Of a DNA stretch of 64,000 bases, positions 20,534-30,972 are shown in pieces. The first letter of the stretch is position 1. Each line of letters starts with the position of its first letter. This DNA is from an uncultured delta proteobacterium (GTDB taxonomy: Bacteria; Myxococcota_A; Polyangia; Polyangiales; Polyangiaceae), in assembly GCA_963841435.1 (NCBI GenBank), contig CAWJCS010000006.1, positions 992,001 to 1,056,000 on the forward strand, given 5' to 3'. Below the pieces are notes generated by a model. That model was not told where the DNA came from. It saw only the letters and a list, made by a program, of their open reading frames with translations, and searched no databases. Position numbers and translations under genes: made by a program.

Positions 20534-22428
20534 GGCCGCCGCCCTCCGGGCGTTCGGGTCACCCAGATCACGTCGAGCACCCCGCACAGAAGCGCGACCG
20601 CGCAGAGCAGCCACGCCCAGTCGGTGGTCGAATCGGCGAGCGCGCTCGCTTCCCGGACGGGGGCGTCTGCCGACGGCGCTTCAGCCCGCGCTGCGAGGTT
20701 GCTTTCGGGAGCGCTCGTGAGATTGACGGGCACGAGCGTGCTTCCGGGCCGCGCGCCCTCCCAGCTCACGAAGTAGAAGCCGGCCCGCTCCGGCCCTGGC
20801 GCGACGGCGACGCCCGCGTGGGCGGGCACCGTCAGCACGCTGCCGTCGGGGCCCTCGACGCGTACCTCGGTCGTCGGCACGGGCACGCGCAAGGAGAGGG
20901 GCTCGCCTGCGCGCGCCGGGCCCGTGATGGCGCCGCTCCGATGCGCGCGGGCCCCCTCGAGCAGATTGCGGATGAAGAGCACGAAGGACGCCCGGAGCGG
21001 CCAGGTGCTCTCGCCCACGTCGAATCCGATGACGGTTCCCGTACGCCCCGCCCCGGAGGCGTCGGCGACGAGCGCACCCTCCTGCCCAACGACGAGCGCC
21101 GCGGCTGGCCCATCGGGCACGAGGCGCCGGGTGCGCGCGACCGTGACGCCGTCGAAGCTCACGAAGCGCAGGCGCGGGTCGCTTTCCGCCCACGACGTGA
21201 TGGTCGGCTTCTCGACCACGGGTCCGACCTCGACAGTCAGGCAGCGGCCCGCCGGCGGGTTGACGATGAGGAAGTCACCCCCCGGGAGGTGATCGGGGCA
21301 GGCGCCGGCCACGACGACGAAAGCCTCGCGGGGCACGTCGGCCGTCGCCAGCGCGTCGCGCGCTGCACCGAACAGCTCGACGTCGGGGTCGCTCGCGAGC
21401 GCGCGGCCGAGCCACGGCGTCGCATCCTTCGGCGATAGGACGACCGGTAGCCGTCGTCCGGCGGGGACCCTGAGGTAGGCCCGGTCGTCCGCCCGCACGG
21501 CGTCTCCGGGCGAGAGCTCCACGACGAGCCCCATGCCCTCATCGCTCGGTGCCGCCGGGAACCCCAAGACGACGGGAGCTTCCTCGCCTGGTGCGAGGTC
21601 GAGCCGCCTCGACGCGATCGGCGACACCGTGTTGCGCTGGGACAGCGTGACGAACAACGATCGTGCGCTTTTCCCGAAGTTTTGCAGCAGCGCGAACGCC
21701 TCGATCCGATCGCGATCCCCGTCGCGGCGCCGGCCGATGTCCGCGCGCACGATGGCCACGTTGTCGACGGCCTCGCCCACGCGGACCACCTCGAGCGGGA
21801 AACCGACCCCAAGCAGTGCTTCGGGATGAGCAAGGGCGAGGTCCGTGATGGCGATGAGCCGGGGTCGCCCGGCACGCTGCTTGAGGTGGCTCGCGGCGAG
21901 CCCGAGCGCGCGCCCGAGGTCGCCTTCCACGTCTCCGGGGCGGATGCGGTCGATGGCGGCGGCGAGCCGACGCTGGTCGTGCTCCCAGGGCGACACGACC
22001 TTCGGTTCCCGCCCCGCCTGCACGACGAGGGCGTCGGCACCCGGACCGAGCCGCTCGATGACGGCGCGCGCGGCGTCCTCTGCCAGGGCGATGCGCGTCT
22101 TTCCCCCGGGGCCCACGGCGGTCATCGAGGCGCTCGCATCGACGACGATCGCGACGTGATCGGAAGCGATGCGGCCCCCGCGCGTGGCGGGGCGTGCGAC
22201 CGCGAGCGCGAGCGCCACGAGCCCGAGCGCCTCGAGGATGAGCGACACGTGGGGAACCAGGCGCCGGAACGGATGGCGGGCCAGAAGGTCGCGCTCGGCG
22301 GCTTGCCACAGCCAAATCGAGCCCACGCGCTGTCGCGCACGACGGATACGAAGCACGTATAGAAGCAGGAGCGGGACCAGCAGGCCGAGTAGGCCGAGAC
22401 CGCTCGGGCTCTCGAGCTCCAGGGGCAC
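20530..22428 (-). CDS. BatA-type N-terminal domain plus vWA domain membrane protein
   Basis: LLVPLLLLYVLR...SIWLW...LAVARP (BatA-like), MIDAS DASASM...ITD, C-terminal TM. Confidence 0.87.
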   Translation of the reverse strand: MPLELESPSGLGLLGLLVPLLLLYVLRIRRARQRVGSIWLWQAAERDLLARHPFRRLVPHVSLILEALGLVALALAVARPATRGGRIASDHVAIVVDASASMTAVGPGGKTRIALAEDAARAVIERLGPGADALVVQAGREPKVVSPWEHDQRRLAAAIDRIRPGDVEGDLGRALGLAASHLKQRAGRPRLIAITDLALAHPEALLGVGFPLEVVRVGEAVDNVAIVRADIGRRRDGDRDRIEAFALLQNFGKSARSLFVTLSQRNTVSPIASRRLDLAPGEEAPVVLGFPAAPSDEGMGLVVELSPGDAVRADDRAYLRVPAGRRLPVVLSPKDATPWLGRALASDPDVELFGAARDALATADVPREAFVVVAGACPDHLPGGDFLIVNPPAGRCLTVEVGPVVEKPTITSWAESDPRLRFVSFDGVTVARTRRLVPDGPAAALVVGQEGALVADASGAGRTGTVIGFDVGESTWPLRASFVLFIRNLLEGARAHRSGAITGPARAGEPLSLRVPVPTTEVRVEGPDGSVLTVPAHAGVAVAPGPERAGFYFVSWEGARPGSTLVPVNLTSAPESNLAARAEAPSADAPVREASALADSTTDWAWLLCAVALLCGVLDVIWVTRTPGGRRP

Positions 22429-22438
22429 GAGCCCGAGT

Positions 22439-23125
22439 CTACGCCCGTTTGGTGCCGTCGAGGCGCGCCTCGACGGCGTCTCGATCCCTCAGGATGTCGG
22501 AGACGATCGCCTCGAAAGCGGCGAGCCCCAAACCTTGCAAAGTAGCGAGATTTGCCCGCGCGATGCGCTCGCGCAGGGGGGTGCGGACGGGCCTTTGCAC
22601 CTCGGGGCTCGCGAGCAGCGAAACGTCCAGGTAGGCGGTGCCCTCGTCGGTATCACCCCTGACCCGATCGAGTGCCGAGCGGCGCACGACCTGGATGGTG
22701 GGGTAGGGGGTGCGGCGCAGGTAGGGCACGAGGCGCTCTGCGTCCGAGAGGTCAGGGCGTGCGTCGGGGTGGAAGGCGGCCATGGCGACGGGCACCTCCC
22801 CCAAGGGGTGCCGGGCGCTGTCCTGCTCCCGGAGCACGCGCACGAAGTGTTCGAACTCGAGGCGACCGAGCCCGAGGCGCGGGTAGATGAAGAGGCCGAT
22901 GTCGGTCTGCCGAGAGGCGATCATGGTGTCGAGCGCGGCGAGCGAATGAGCGAAAAACTCCGGTGATTCCTGCCAGAAAACGCGTTCCATCACGGCGCCG
23001 TCGAGCCGGGCGCGAAGCGCCCATGGGCAGAGTCCGAAGCGCTCCACGACTTCGGTCAGGTAGCGGCGGTTGAGCCTGAGCACCTCGGCTTCGAAAGCGA
23101 GGTCGGGATCGTGCTCCGCAGCCAT
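22439..23125 (-). CDS. DUF1415-like protein
   Basis: GLCPWA, AAFHPD and RRTPYPTIQVVR resemble the LCPFA/FHP/RSPYP motifs of DUF1415. Confidence 0.72.
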   Translation of the reverse strand: MAAEHDPDLAFEAEVLRLNRRYLTEVVERFGLCPWALRARLDGAVMERVFWQESPEFFAHSLAALDTMIASRQTDIGLFIYPRLGLGRLEFEHFVRVLREQDSARHPLGEVPVAMAAFHPDARPDLSDAERLVPYLRRTPYPTIQVVRRSALDRVRGDTDEGTAYLDVSLLASPEVQRPVRTPLRERIARANLATLQGLGLAAFEAIVSDILRDRDAVEARLDGTKRA

Positions 23126-23326
23126 GACCAACGCATCGTACCAAGCGCCACGCTCGACGTGTCAGCGTTCGTCGTGACCCGAACCGAAGTGACATCTTCG
23201 CGGTGAGTGCGTGTGCGTGCACGGTCCAAAGTGTCGTTGTTGCTTGACGTGATTCCGAAAGGGAGAGAAAGTGCTGTTGCTGGACGCTCCAAACCGAGAG
23301 TCCGATAACAACAAGAGGATGGATCC

Positions 23327-23434
23327 ATGGCTGCGAAGAAGAAGAAGGCACCCGCCAAGAAGCGCCGCAAGGCAAAGGCCAAGGCTGCCCCGATGCCCGC
23401 ACCGGTGAAGAAGGCGAAGCGCAAGAAGAAGTGA
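23327..23434 (+). CDS. 35-aa Lys/Ala/Pro-rich basic protein (histone H1/protamine-like)
   Basis: MAAKKKKAPAKKRRKAKAKAAPMPAPVKKAKRKKK. SD AAGAGGA at 23313-23319, all Lys codons are AAG, downstream hairpin. Below the ORF-track size cutoff. Confidence 0.8.
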   Translation: MAAKKKKAPAKKRRKAKAKAAPMPAPVKKAKRKKK

Positions 23435-23444
23435 GTGCCCGGGC

Positions 23445-23489
23445 GCGACGCGAGCGTGGGCCGCCGGGGGTGGCCGGCGCTCGCGTCGC
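23445..23489. terminator. GC-rich hairpin between the small basic gene and the convergent DUF58 gene
   Basis: Perfect 12-bp inverted repeat GCGACGCGAGCG (23445-23456) / CGCTCGCGTCGC (23478-23489); no clear U tract. Confidence 0.55.
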
Positions 23490-23503
23490 CCCGAACTAAT
23501 CAA

Positions 23504-24397
23504 TCAATCGATCGAGCGGGACACGAAGCGACGCATCACGGGCTTCAACGGCTCGTTCGTCGCCGTGAGCACGTAGCTCGAGCCATGTCGGCGCGCCCAC
23601 CCACGTAGGGTGTCGGACAGCGCGCCCAGGCGTCGTAAATAGGCTGAAATTGCCGCTGGATCGGCCGTGACATCGAGCAGTGCTCCGGTCTCGGTGTCCT
23701 CGAGCGCGAGGTCCCCCTCGAGATCCGGATTGAGCTCGAGGGCGTCGAGGACCTGGACGAGGACGACATCGTGGCCGAGCGTTCGCGCGAGGCCGAGCGC
23801 CTCGATGACCGGCCCGGGGTCGAAGAAGTCACTCAGCACAACGAGCAGTCCTGGTCGCGTCGCGGACTCGACCAGGCCGCGGACGGCGCCCGGGAGATCG
23901 GTCCCGCCATGGGCCGTGACCGTCGACAGCTCGCGCAGGAGGGTGGTGATCCCGGCGCGACCCCTGCGGGTGCGACCCCGGACGCCCGCTGGCCCGTGCG
24001 ACCCGCCGGTGACGCGTGCGACCCGGAGCTCGGCGCGCTGACCCCCAGCAAGCGCCAGGTATCCGACGGCGGCAGCGATCCGCCCGGCGGTCTCGATCTT
24101 GGGTGGGGTACCGAGCTCGAGGGAGGCGGACCCGTCGAGGAGCAGGCGCACGACGGCGTCCTCTTCGGCTCGGAACAACTTGGTCACGGGCGACCCCGTG
24201 CGGGCGAACGCGTGCCAGTCGATGCGACGCAGATCGTCGCCCGGTTCGTAGGGGCGATGCTCTGCGAACTCGGCGCTGCCGCCCCGGCGACGCGAGGCAC
24301 GCTCGCCGAGGCCACCCGAGCGTGCGTCGATTTCGAGGCTGTGTTTGAGGATTTCGAGCTCGCGGAGGAAATCCGGGGTGAGAAGCTCGAGGGTCAC
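23504..24397 (-). CDS. DUF58 family protein (MoxR-associated, vWA-like)
   Basis: EFAEHRPYEPGDDLRRIDW, LLDGSAS, VVLSDF. GTG start overlaps the upstream TGA. Confidence 0.92.
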   Translation of the reverse strand: MTLELLTPDFLRELEILKHSLEIDARSGGLGERASRRRGGSAEFAEHRPYEPGDDLRRIDWHAFARTGSPVTKLFRAEEDAVVRLLLDGSASLELGTPPKIETAGRIAAAVGYLALAGGQRAELRVARVTGGSHGPAGVRGRTRRGRAGITTLLRELSTVTAHGGTDLPGAVRGLVESATRPGLLVVLSDFFDPGPVIEALGLARTLGHDVVLVQVLDALELNPDLEGDLALEDTETGALLDVTADPAAISAYLRRLGALSDTLRGWARRHGSSYVLTATNEPLKPVMRRFVSRSID

Positions 24398-26023
24398 GGC
24401 GCGACGGCCTGCGGCGCCGCGGGTGCGGGTGCGGGTGCCGTGGCGAGGCGCCTGCCGACCCGCGCGTGCGCGAGCATGAACAATCCGAACCCCGCTAGCC
24501 CCCAGCCCAACGACGTGACCACCGCGCCGAGCATGGCGAGCTGCCGTTCGGGATCCGAGCGAGCGATCATGCGAAACACGTGCACGGCGTAGGCGGGCGA
24601 CGGAGATGCGAAGAGCAGTGCGCGCTCCCCGCTTTCGAACAGCCCCGCGATCGCCATGGCGATCCAGGGCCCCACGGCGGACAAGGAAGAGCGCGCCGAC
24701 GAGGGCCAGGCGAGGCCCCGCTGGCCGCTGCGACCGCGCACGCGCCCAGGCAGCGAACCCCGCCACGAACACCAGGAACGCGCCCAGACAACCCGCGAGC
24801 ACTGTTCCCGCGAGCGCGTCGTCGCGATCGGTCACGAGGAAGTAGCAGGCTGCCATGACGGCCCCGAAGGACCCGAGCACGAGCAGCACGAGCAGCCAAA
24901 AGGCGCGCAGCACGCCGGGACCGAGGAAGCGCCGGGCGCGCCCCGCGCGAGCGCGCTCCCAGCGCAGCCGAACGCGGTCCGACGGTGCGAGGGGCTCTCC
25001 CGCGAACAGGAACGCCACGAACAGATACGTGAAAAATAGGACCAAAACGGCCAGAATAAACCAGTCGACGTCCCTGACCGTGAGCCCGCCGAGCACGGCG
25101 ACCCCCGTCATGCCGACCCCTGCGACGAGCGTCCAGAGGCGCAGGCGCGTCGAGCGGTCGTCGCTCGGCGAGGCCATGTTGGCGACGGTGATCTCGTGAA
25201 ACAGCCACGCCGGGAGCGCCACGAGGGCCGCCGGGGCAAGCACGAGGAGCAGAAGGTACTCCGCGTTGACGTCCGCCCGCGCGTACGCCATCGGAAGCCA
25301 CACGGGCGGCCCCTTCTCGACCATCGGCCAGAGTCGATTCGCAGCGCTCGATAGCCCCACGCCGAGCCCGAGGTACGCCACGATCGAGCCCGGGACGCTG
25401 ACGAGCAGCGTGACCAGGATGGCGAGCGCCGGGCTCGAGAACTTCGAGCTCATCGCCAGGCCGAAAGTGACGCTCACGACGGCGATTCCGCCGAGCACGA
25501 CGAACGCGAGGATCACCTCCGCCGCCGTGACGCCCCCGAACAAGAACGGCAGCGCGCCGACCGGCGCGAGCATCACGAGGTAGAGCGATACATAAGTGAG
25601 CGACGCGAGCAGCTTGCCGCGCGCAATCGCCCGGGGTCCTAGGCCCGTGAGCTCGAGGGCTTCCCACGTGCGCCCGCTCCGCTCGGCGGCGATGGTTGCA
25701 GCGGCCATGGCGGGGCCCATCCAGGCGACCAGCGCGAAAGCGAGGGAAAAAAACGTGTGATAGAGCCAGGTGCCGATGCGCGCCGGCTCCGAGCCCGTGG
25801 CCGCGGCGACACCGCCGACCGAGGCGATGAGCAGGGTCATCATGCCCGTCGTCACGGCGAGGATCACGGGTGTGCGCTGCAGGCGGGAGAGCGCGCGAAG
25901 CTCCCGCATCCACACCGGGTTCGGGTTGCTCACGAGATGCGCGACGAGCGCCCGGAGCCGCGGCACCCCGTGCAGGCTCGGCGCCGGGGGCGGCACCGAC
26001 GCGACGCCGGTCTGGGCGCTCAT
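24394..26023 (-). CDS. ABC-2 type transporter permease; +1 frameshift at about 24680
   Basis: NPVWMRELR, TIAAERSGRTWEALELT...GKL and many TM helices. The C-terminus continues in ORF 24394-24741 (AVGPWIAMAIAGLF). Confidence 0.82.
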
Positions 26024-27138
26024 GAGGCTTCTCCCCGGGTGACCTCGAGGAAGATTCGCTCGAGCTCGTTGCGCTCGGGCTCGACCCCCACGAGGGCCAC
26101 GCCGCGCGTCACGAGGTAGCGCACCACCTCGGCGACGTACCCGTCGCCGCCCACGTAGTGCAGGGTGAGCTGCCCGCCGGGGCCAGGCTCGACGCCGAGC
26201 ACCCCGCTGCCCCCCTCGAGCAGCGGCACCACGGGGTGCGCGTCGCCGAGCACGCGCAGCCGCAGGCGCTTGCGGGTCGCGACGGGGATCGGGACGCCGC
26301 CTGCCGTGACGCCGAGCTCGGCCCCGAGCGGCGTCGCCCCGGGCGCCCCGAACGCCGCCGTGGCCTCGTGCAAAAGGCCGCGCTCGCGCGCCAGGCGCTC
26401 GGCAATCTCGCCGATCGGTCCCGACACGACGAGCTCGCCCTGCTCGAGAATACCGACCGAGGTGCACACGTCGCTGAGCTCGGTGAGGATGTGGCTCGAG
26501 AGAAAGATGGTCTTTCCGAGCTCGCGGAGCTCGAGCAGGAGATCGCGCACCTCGATGCGCGCCCGCGGGTCGAGGTCGCTCGCCGGCTCGTCGAGGATCA
26601 AGACGCGCGGGTCGTGGAGCAGCGTGCGCGCGATCTGCAGGCGCTGCTTCATGCCCTTGCTTAGCGTCGCGACGAGCCGGTCCTCGAGCTTCTTCAGGTC
26701 GGTGAGCTCGATGACCGCGTCGACGACGCCAAGCTCGGGGATCGCGTAGGCGTCGGCGAAGAACTCGAGAAACTCACGCACCGTGACGCGCTCGTACACG
26801 CCTGCGTGATCGGGCATGTAGCCGATGATGCGCCGTACCCGCTCGGGCTCGAGCGACACGTCGATGCCGTCGATCTCGACGCGCCCCGCGAAGGGCTCGA
26901 GGAGCGTCGCCATGATACGGATGGTCGTGGTCTTTCCGGCGCCGTTCGGGCCGATGAAGCCGTAGATTTCCCCGCTCGCGACCTCGAAGTCGATGTTGCG
27001 CAAGACGTCGAGGTTGCCGTAGCGATGCACGAGGCCCTCGACGCGAATCGCCGGTGGCGCCGACGCCGCGGGGTACGAAGCCCGAGCCGAGGCTTCCGGT
27101 AGCGGGGGCGTCTCGCTCGCGAGCGTGGCCTCGGTCAC
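26020..27138 (-). CDS. ABC transporter ATP-binding protein
   Basis: GPNGAGKTT, LSKGMKQR, LILDEP, SSHIL. Confidence 0.93.
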   Translation of the reverse strand: MTEATLASETPPLPEASARASYPAASAPPAIRVEGLVHRYGNLDVLRNIDFEVASGEIYGFIGPNGAGKTTTIRIMATLLEPFAGRVEIDGIDVSLEPERVRRIIGYMPDHAGVYERVTVREFLEFFADAYAIPELGVVDAVIELTDLKKLEDRLVATLSKGMKQRLQIARTLLHDPRVLILDEPASDLDPRARIEVRDLLLELRELGKTIFLSSHILTELSDVCTSVGILEQGELVVSGPIGEIAERLARERGLLHEATAAFGAPGATPLGAELGVTAGGVPIPVATRKRLRLRVLGDAHPVVPLLEGGSGVLGVEPGPGGQLTLHYVGGDGYVAEVVRYLVTRGVALVGVEPERNELERIFLEVTRGEAS

Positions 27139-29198
27139 GGCACGCCTCCGAAGCCCACGATCCGCACGAGGACGCGATCCTGATCGACATCGAAACCGGC
27201 GTCGGAGCGCGTGCCCTCCCCGCCATCGAGCTGCGCGAGCAGCACCGGCACGTCGTCCGGCCAGAAGTTGACGTTGTTGCCGAGCGCCTCGAGCGTCGTC
27301 CAGGCACGGGAGAGCCCTTCCGCGTAGCCGTCGAGCGTCTCGGCGACGAACGAGGTGCCGAGCGGCCTCAGCAGGGTGTAAACGGGAGCGGTTCCGAGCT
27401 GCGGGGAGAGCGCCTCGCCGTCTTGCTCGCGCACGCGCTGCCCATCTTTGATCCGGGAAAAGCCGACGGCGGCGCGTCCTGGAGGCTTGAGCACGACGCC
27501 GACGAGGTCGCGCGCCGTGCGATTCTTGACGAGCACGCCTCCTTCGGCGTCGGGCGTGATGCTGATGCCACCCGCGAGACTGAGAAAGCCGTCCTCGCGC
27601 GCGACGACGGTTGCCCACGGCTTGGTCCGGAGGTGCTCGAGCCGCGCGCCGTCGCGGTCGACGACGAGTGTTCGCTCCACGAACGTGTCGCCCTGCGCGA
27701 CGTCGATGAGGTTGCCGCGCGAAACGGGCCGCACCACGATCTCGCGCGACGACGGCGCGTAGAACCCGCGAAAACGCGCGGCCGCGGCGCGCTCCATGCC
27801 CGCGCCGGCCTCGGCGAGCGTGAAGTGACGGGCGCGCCCGCGGACGCCCTTGCCGATGAAGCCGAGCACGACGATCGCGGCGAGCGTTCCGGCCGCCCAG
27901 AACGGCAGGTGCAAGAGCGCCCTCAGCGGTCGCCCGCGTCGCGTCGCAAGCCAGAAGCTCAGCGGCCCGGCGACCGCGGCGTAGCCGAGCAAGAGCAGTG
28001 CGGCGACGACGATTGTCCAGCGCACCGTTCGGTTCGGGTCCAGCAGGCTGCGAACGGCGTCGGCGCCCGAGGAGTCGAAGGCGGTGCGCCCGAGGGGCTG
28101 CAGGACGGCCGTCTGTCGCTCCCAGGCGTGACGCAAGAGGTCCGCGAGCTTGAGCGTCACCCAGCGATCGGACGCGAACGGCTCGCCGAGATCGAACGCC
28201 AAGAGGTGCAGCTCGCCCAGGCCGTAGCTTGCTACGGCACCCCAGGGGCTCGGACGCAGATTGCCGCCGGAGAATCCCTCGAGCAGCGCTGCCGTTTCCG
28301 CGCGTGGGGCGCGGCGCTCCAAAACGACGCCGTGGCCGCCGCCGAGCGGGCTCGCCGTCGAGGGTGCGGCGGTCGCGTCGGGCGCGAGCACGAAGTCCGC
28401 GCTCTCGAAGAGCTCGCGGCTGGCCGCTTCGCGCCTTATGGGACCGCCGGCGAGACGCGCCAGCACGTCGAGCGTGGTGTCCTCGGGGCGTTCGACGCTC
28501 ACGGCGAGCGCGCCCCCCGCGAGCACCCAGTTGACCAGGGCCGCAAGCTCCGGGCGCCCGAGCGTGGCGAGCTTTTTCGCGCTCGCGGTCACGAGCGTAG
28601 CGCCTGCGAAGCCCGCGGAAAAACGCGGTAGCATGAGGTCGCCCGTCGCCGGGTTGACGGGTGGCGTCGTGACGATGGCGGATGGGGCGCGGTAGCCGCC
28701 GCTCGACCCGCGCCGGACGGCGAGCGCAATGCCGCGCAGCCCCGGAGCGATGCGGCTCGGCGCGCTGAGGTCGACGAGCTCGGGGTCGTCGTGCTTGAGA
28801 TCGGGCACGACGACGGGGCCCGCGGTGAGCGCCGTGCCATTTTCGTCGAGCACGCGCAGCTCGAATTCGGCGGGAGTGCTCGAGAAGCCGTGGGTCGGAA
28901 GCTCGAGCGCAACGTGGGCGCCCGGGGCGAGCGCGAACGGTGCTTTCGTGAGGACGCGCGTCTCGGAGCGGGCCCACGCCGGTGTCGCCTCGAGCTCGAC
29001 GAACCCCGACACCTCGCTCGGGCGCGGGTTCTTGAGCCAGACGACGAAGCTCACCCAGCCTTCGGGCATCGCGGCGCCGGACCCGAGCGCCGGGACGACC
29101 TCCGCCGTGATGGCCGCTCGGGGTGGGGCGGCGCTCGCTTTCGCCGCGGTGAGCGCGAGCGCGAGCGCGACGGCAGCGAGAGCTCGGACGCGCGTCAC
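27135..29198 (-). CDS. Hypothetical membrane protein (signal peptide, large extracytoplasmic domain, two TM helices)
   Basis: VTRVRALAAVALALALTAAKASA signal; WVLAGGALAV; LLLLGYAAVAGPLSFWL TM. Translationally coupled on both sides. Confidence 0.8.
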   Translation of the reverse strand: MTRVRALAAVALALALTAAKASAAPPRAAITAEVVPALGSGAAMPEGWVSFVVWLKNPRPSEVSGFVELEATPAWARSETRVLTKAPFALAPGAHVALELPTHGFSSTPAEFELRVLDENGTALTAGPVVVPDLKHDDPELVDLSAPSRIAPGLRGIALAVRRGSSGGYRAPSAIVTTPPVNPATGDLMLPRFSAGFAGATLVTASAKKLATLGRPELAALVNWVLAGGALAVSVERPEDTTLDVLARLAGGPIRREAASRELFESADFVLAPDATAAPSTASPLGGGHGVVLERRAPRAETAALLEGFSGGNLRPSPWGAVASYGLGELHLLAFDLGEPFASDRWVTLKLADLLRHAWERQTAVLQPLGRTAFDSSGADAVRSLLDPNRTVRWTIVVAALLLLGYAAVAGPLSFWLATRRGRPLRALLHLPFWAAGTLAAIVVLGFIGKGVRGRARHFTLAEAGAGMERAAAARFRGFYAPSSREIVVRPVSRGNLIDVAQGDTFVERTLVVDRDGARLEHLRTKPWATVVAREDGFLSLAGGISITPDAEGGVLVKNRTARDLVGVVLKPPGRAAVGFSRIKDGQRVREQDGEALSPQLGTAPVYTLLRPLGTSFVAETLDGYAEGLSRAWTTLEALGNNVNFWPDDVPVLLAQLDGGEGTRSDAGFDVDQDRVLVRIVGFGGVP

Positions 29199-30244
29199 TA
29201 GCCGCCCTGCACCGCGCGCTCGACGCCCTCCGGGCGACTGGGGACCGTCTTCACGAGCTCGTCGATGACGCTGTCGGTCGTGATGCCGTCGGCCTCGCCC
29301 TCGAAGCTCGGAAGGATGCGATGGCGGAGCACGGGTTTCGCGGTGCGCTTGAGGTCGTCGAACGCGACCTGCGCGCGCCCGTCGAGCATCGCGATCGCCT
29401 TTGCGGCCAGGATCAGCGCCTGCGCTCCACGCACCCCCGCTCCGAGCCGGACGGCGCGTTTCACGAGCGCCGTCGCGGCCGCTCCGTCCGGGCTGCTCGC
29501 GGCGACGAGCCGCGCGGCATAGGCGAGCACCGGCTCGGCCACGGCGATGTCGCGGCACAGCGAACGCAGCGCGATCACGTCGGCGCGCCCGAGGATTGGC
29601 TGCGGCAGCTCGAGCTCGTGCCCCGTCGTGCGCGCGAGGATGCGCGTTACGTCCACTTCCGACGGCTGGGGCACGAGCACTTTCAAGAGGAAGCGATCGA
29701 GCTGTGCTTCGGGCAATGGGTAGGTGCCCTCCATCTCGATCGGATTTTGCGTGGCGAGCACGAAGAACGGTTCGTCGAGCGCGTGACGCGTCCCGCCGAT
29801 CGTGACGGCGTGCTCCTGCATCGCCTCGAGCAGCGCGCTCTGCGTCTTCGGCGTCGCGCGATTGATCTCGTCGGCGAGCACGACCTGCCCGAAGATGGGA
29901 CCTCGGTGCAGCTCGAACCGCCCGCTCGCGCCGCCCTCGCGTCCGAGCGAGAGGACGTTGGTGCCGATGACGTCGCTCGGCATGAGGTCGGGCGTGAATT
30001 GGATGCGCGAGTAGGCAAGGTCCAGCGACGAAGCGAGTGTCCGCACGAGCAGCGTCTTGCCGAGGCCCGGGTTGCCCTCGAGCAACACGTGGCCGCCAGC
30101 GAGGAGCCCCCACAAGACCTCGTCGACCACCTCGGCCTGCCCGACGATCACCGTCGCGATCGCGTCGCAGAGCCTCCCGCACGCGGCGTGGGCGGCCGCA
30201 ACGCGCGCGTCGAACGAAGCCGGGGCGCCCGGAGCCGTGGACAT
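29198..30244 (-). CDS. moxR: MoxR family AAA+ ATPase
   Basis: GHVLLEGNPGLGKT, RIQFTPDLMPSD, LADEINRATPKTQSALLEAM, ATQNPIEMEGTYPLPEAQLDRF. Confidence 0.96.
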   Translation of the reverse strand: MSTAPGAPASFDARVAAAHAACGRLCDAIATVIVGQAEVVDEVLWGLLAGGHVLLEGNPGLGKTLLVRTLASSLDLAYSRIQFTPDLMPSDVIGTNVLSLGREGGASGRFELHRGPIFGQVVLADEINRATPKTQSALLEAMQEHAVTIGGTRHALDEPFFVLATQNPIEMEGTYPLPEAQLDRFLLKVLVPQPSEVDVTRILARTTGHELELPQPILGRADVIALRSLCRDIAVAEPVLAYAARLVAASSPDGAAATALVKRAVRLGAGVRGAQALILAAKAIAMLDGRAQVAFDDLKRTAKPVLRHRILPSFEGEADGITTDSVIDELVKTVPSRPEGVERAVQGG

Positions 30245-30401
30245 CGGCCGCCCACGCTACCACCGGCGCGCGCCCCGGGCACCGGCTCGGTCATCGCTTC
30301 ACGAACCCGGGCGGAGAGCCCGGCGAGGCTTCTGCCTCGGCCCGTCGCTCGGTTGACGGCTCGCTTGTACGCGCGCCCGGGCTCTCCTATCCTCCCGGCC
30401 G

Positions 30402-30959
30402 ATGCGAAAGCTCTTGCTGCTGGGGCTGCTCTTGGTGGCGTGCAGCCACGCGGAGGAGGACAAGGCGAAGCTCGACGCGATCGCGAAGCGCGCCGACGAA
30501 CGCGTGGCTCAGGCCGAGAGCCAGGCAAAGACGAAGATCACCGATCTCGAGCGCGAGCTTTCGGACGCGAAGCAGAAGCTTGCCGACGCCGAGACGAAGG
30601 CCAAGCAGGCGTTGACGGAAGCGCAGGCGAGCGCCGAGGAGCAGGCCAAGGCGGCCGAGGAGGCCCTGGCGCGGGCCCGCCAGGCGTACAAGGACAAGGC
30701 CAGGCTGCAACTCTCCGAGGCCAACAAGGAGCTTTCCGACGTTGGCTCCAAGGCGTCCAAGGTCCCCGCGAAAGCCAAGAGCGCCTACCAGAAGGCGATG
30801 GCCGACGCGAAGAAGGCGCAGTCGGAAGTCGCCAAGGACATTGCTGCCTTCGACAAGGCCGCACTCGACGGGTTGCGCGCCCTGAGCGCCAAGGTCCAGC
30901 GCGACATCGCCACCATGAAGGCCAAGATCAAGGCCGCGAAGGCGAAAATACCGGGCTGA
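30402..30959 (+). CDS. Hypothetical coiled-coil lipoprotein
   Basis: Lipobox LLVAC followed by Ala/Lys/Glu-rich heptads. Confidence 0.85.
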   Translation: MRKLLLLGLLLVACSHAEEDKAKLDAIAKRADERVAQAESQAKTKITDLERELSDAKQKLADAETKAKQALTEAQASAEEQAKAAEEALARARQAYKDKARLQLSEANKELSDVGSKASKVPAKAKSAYQKAMADAKKAQSEVAKDIAAFDKAALDGLRALSAKVQRDIATMKAKIKAAKAKIPG

Positions 30960-30972
30960 CGCCGCCCCGGCC

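Noticed and set aside
23504-26467. Apparent 987-aa permease-DUF58 fusion
   Set aside because: Produced by the +1 frameshift near 24680. DUF58 has its own GTG start overlapping the permease stop.
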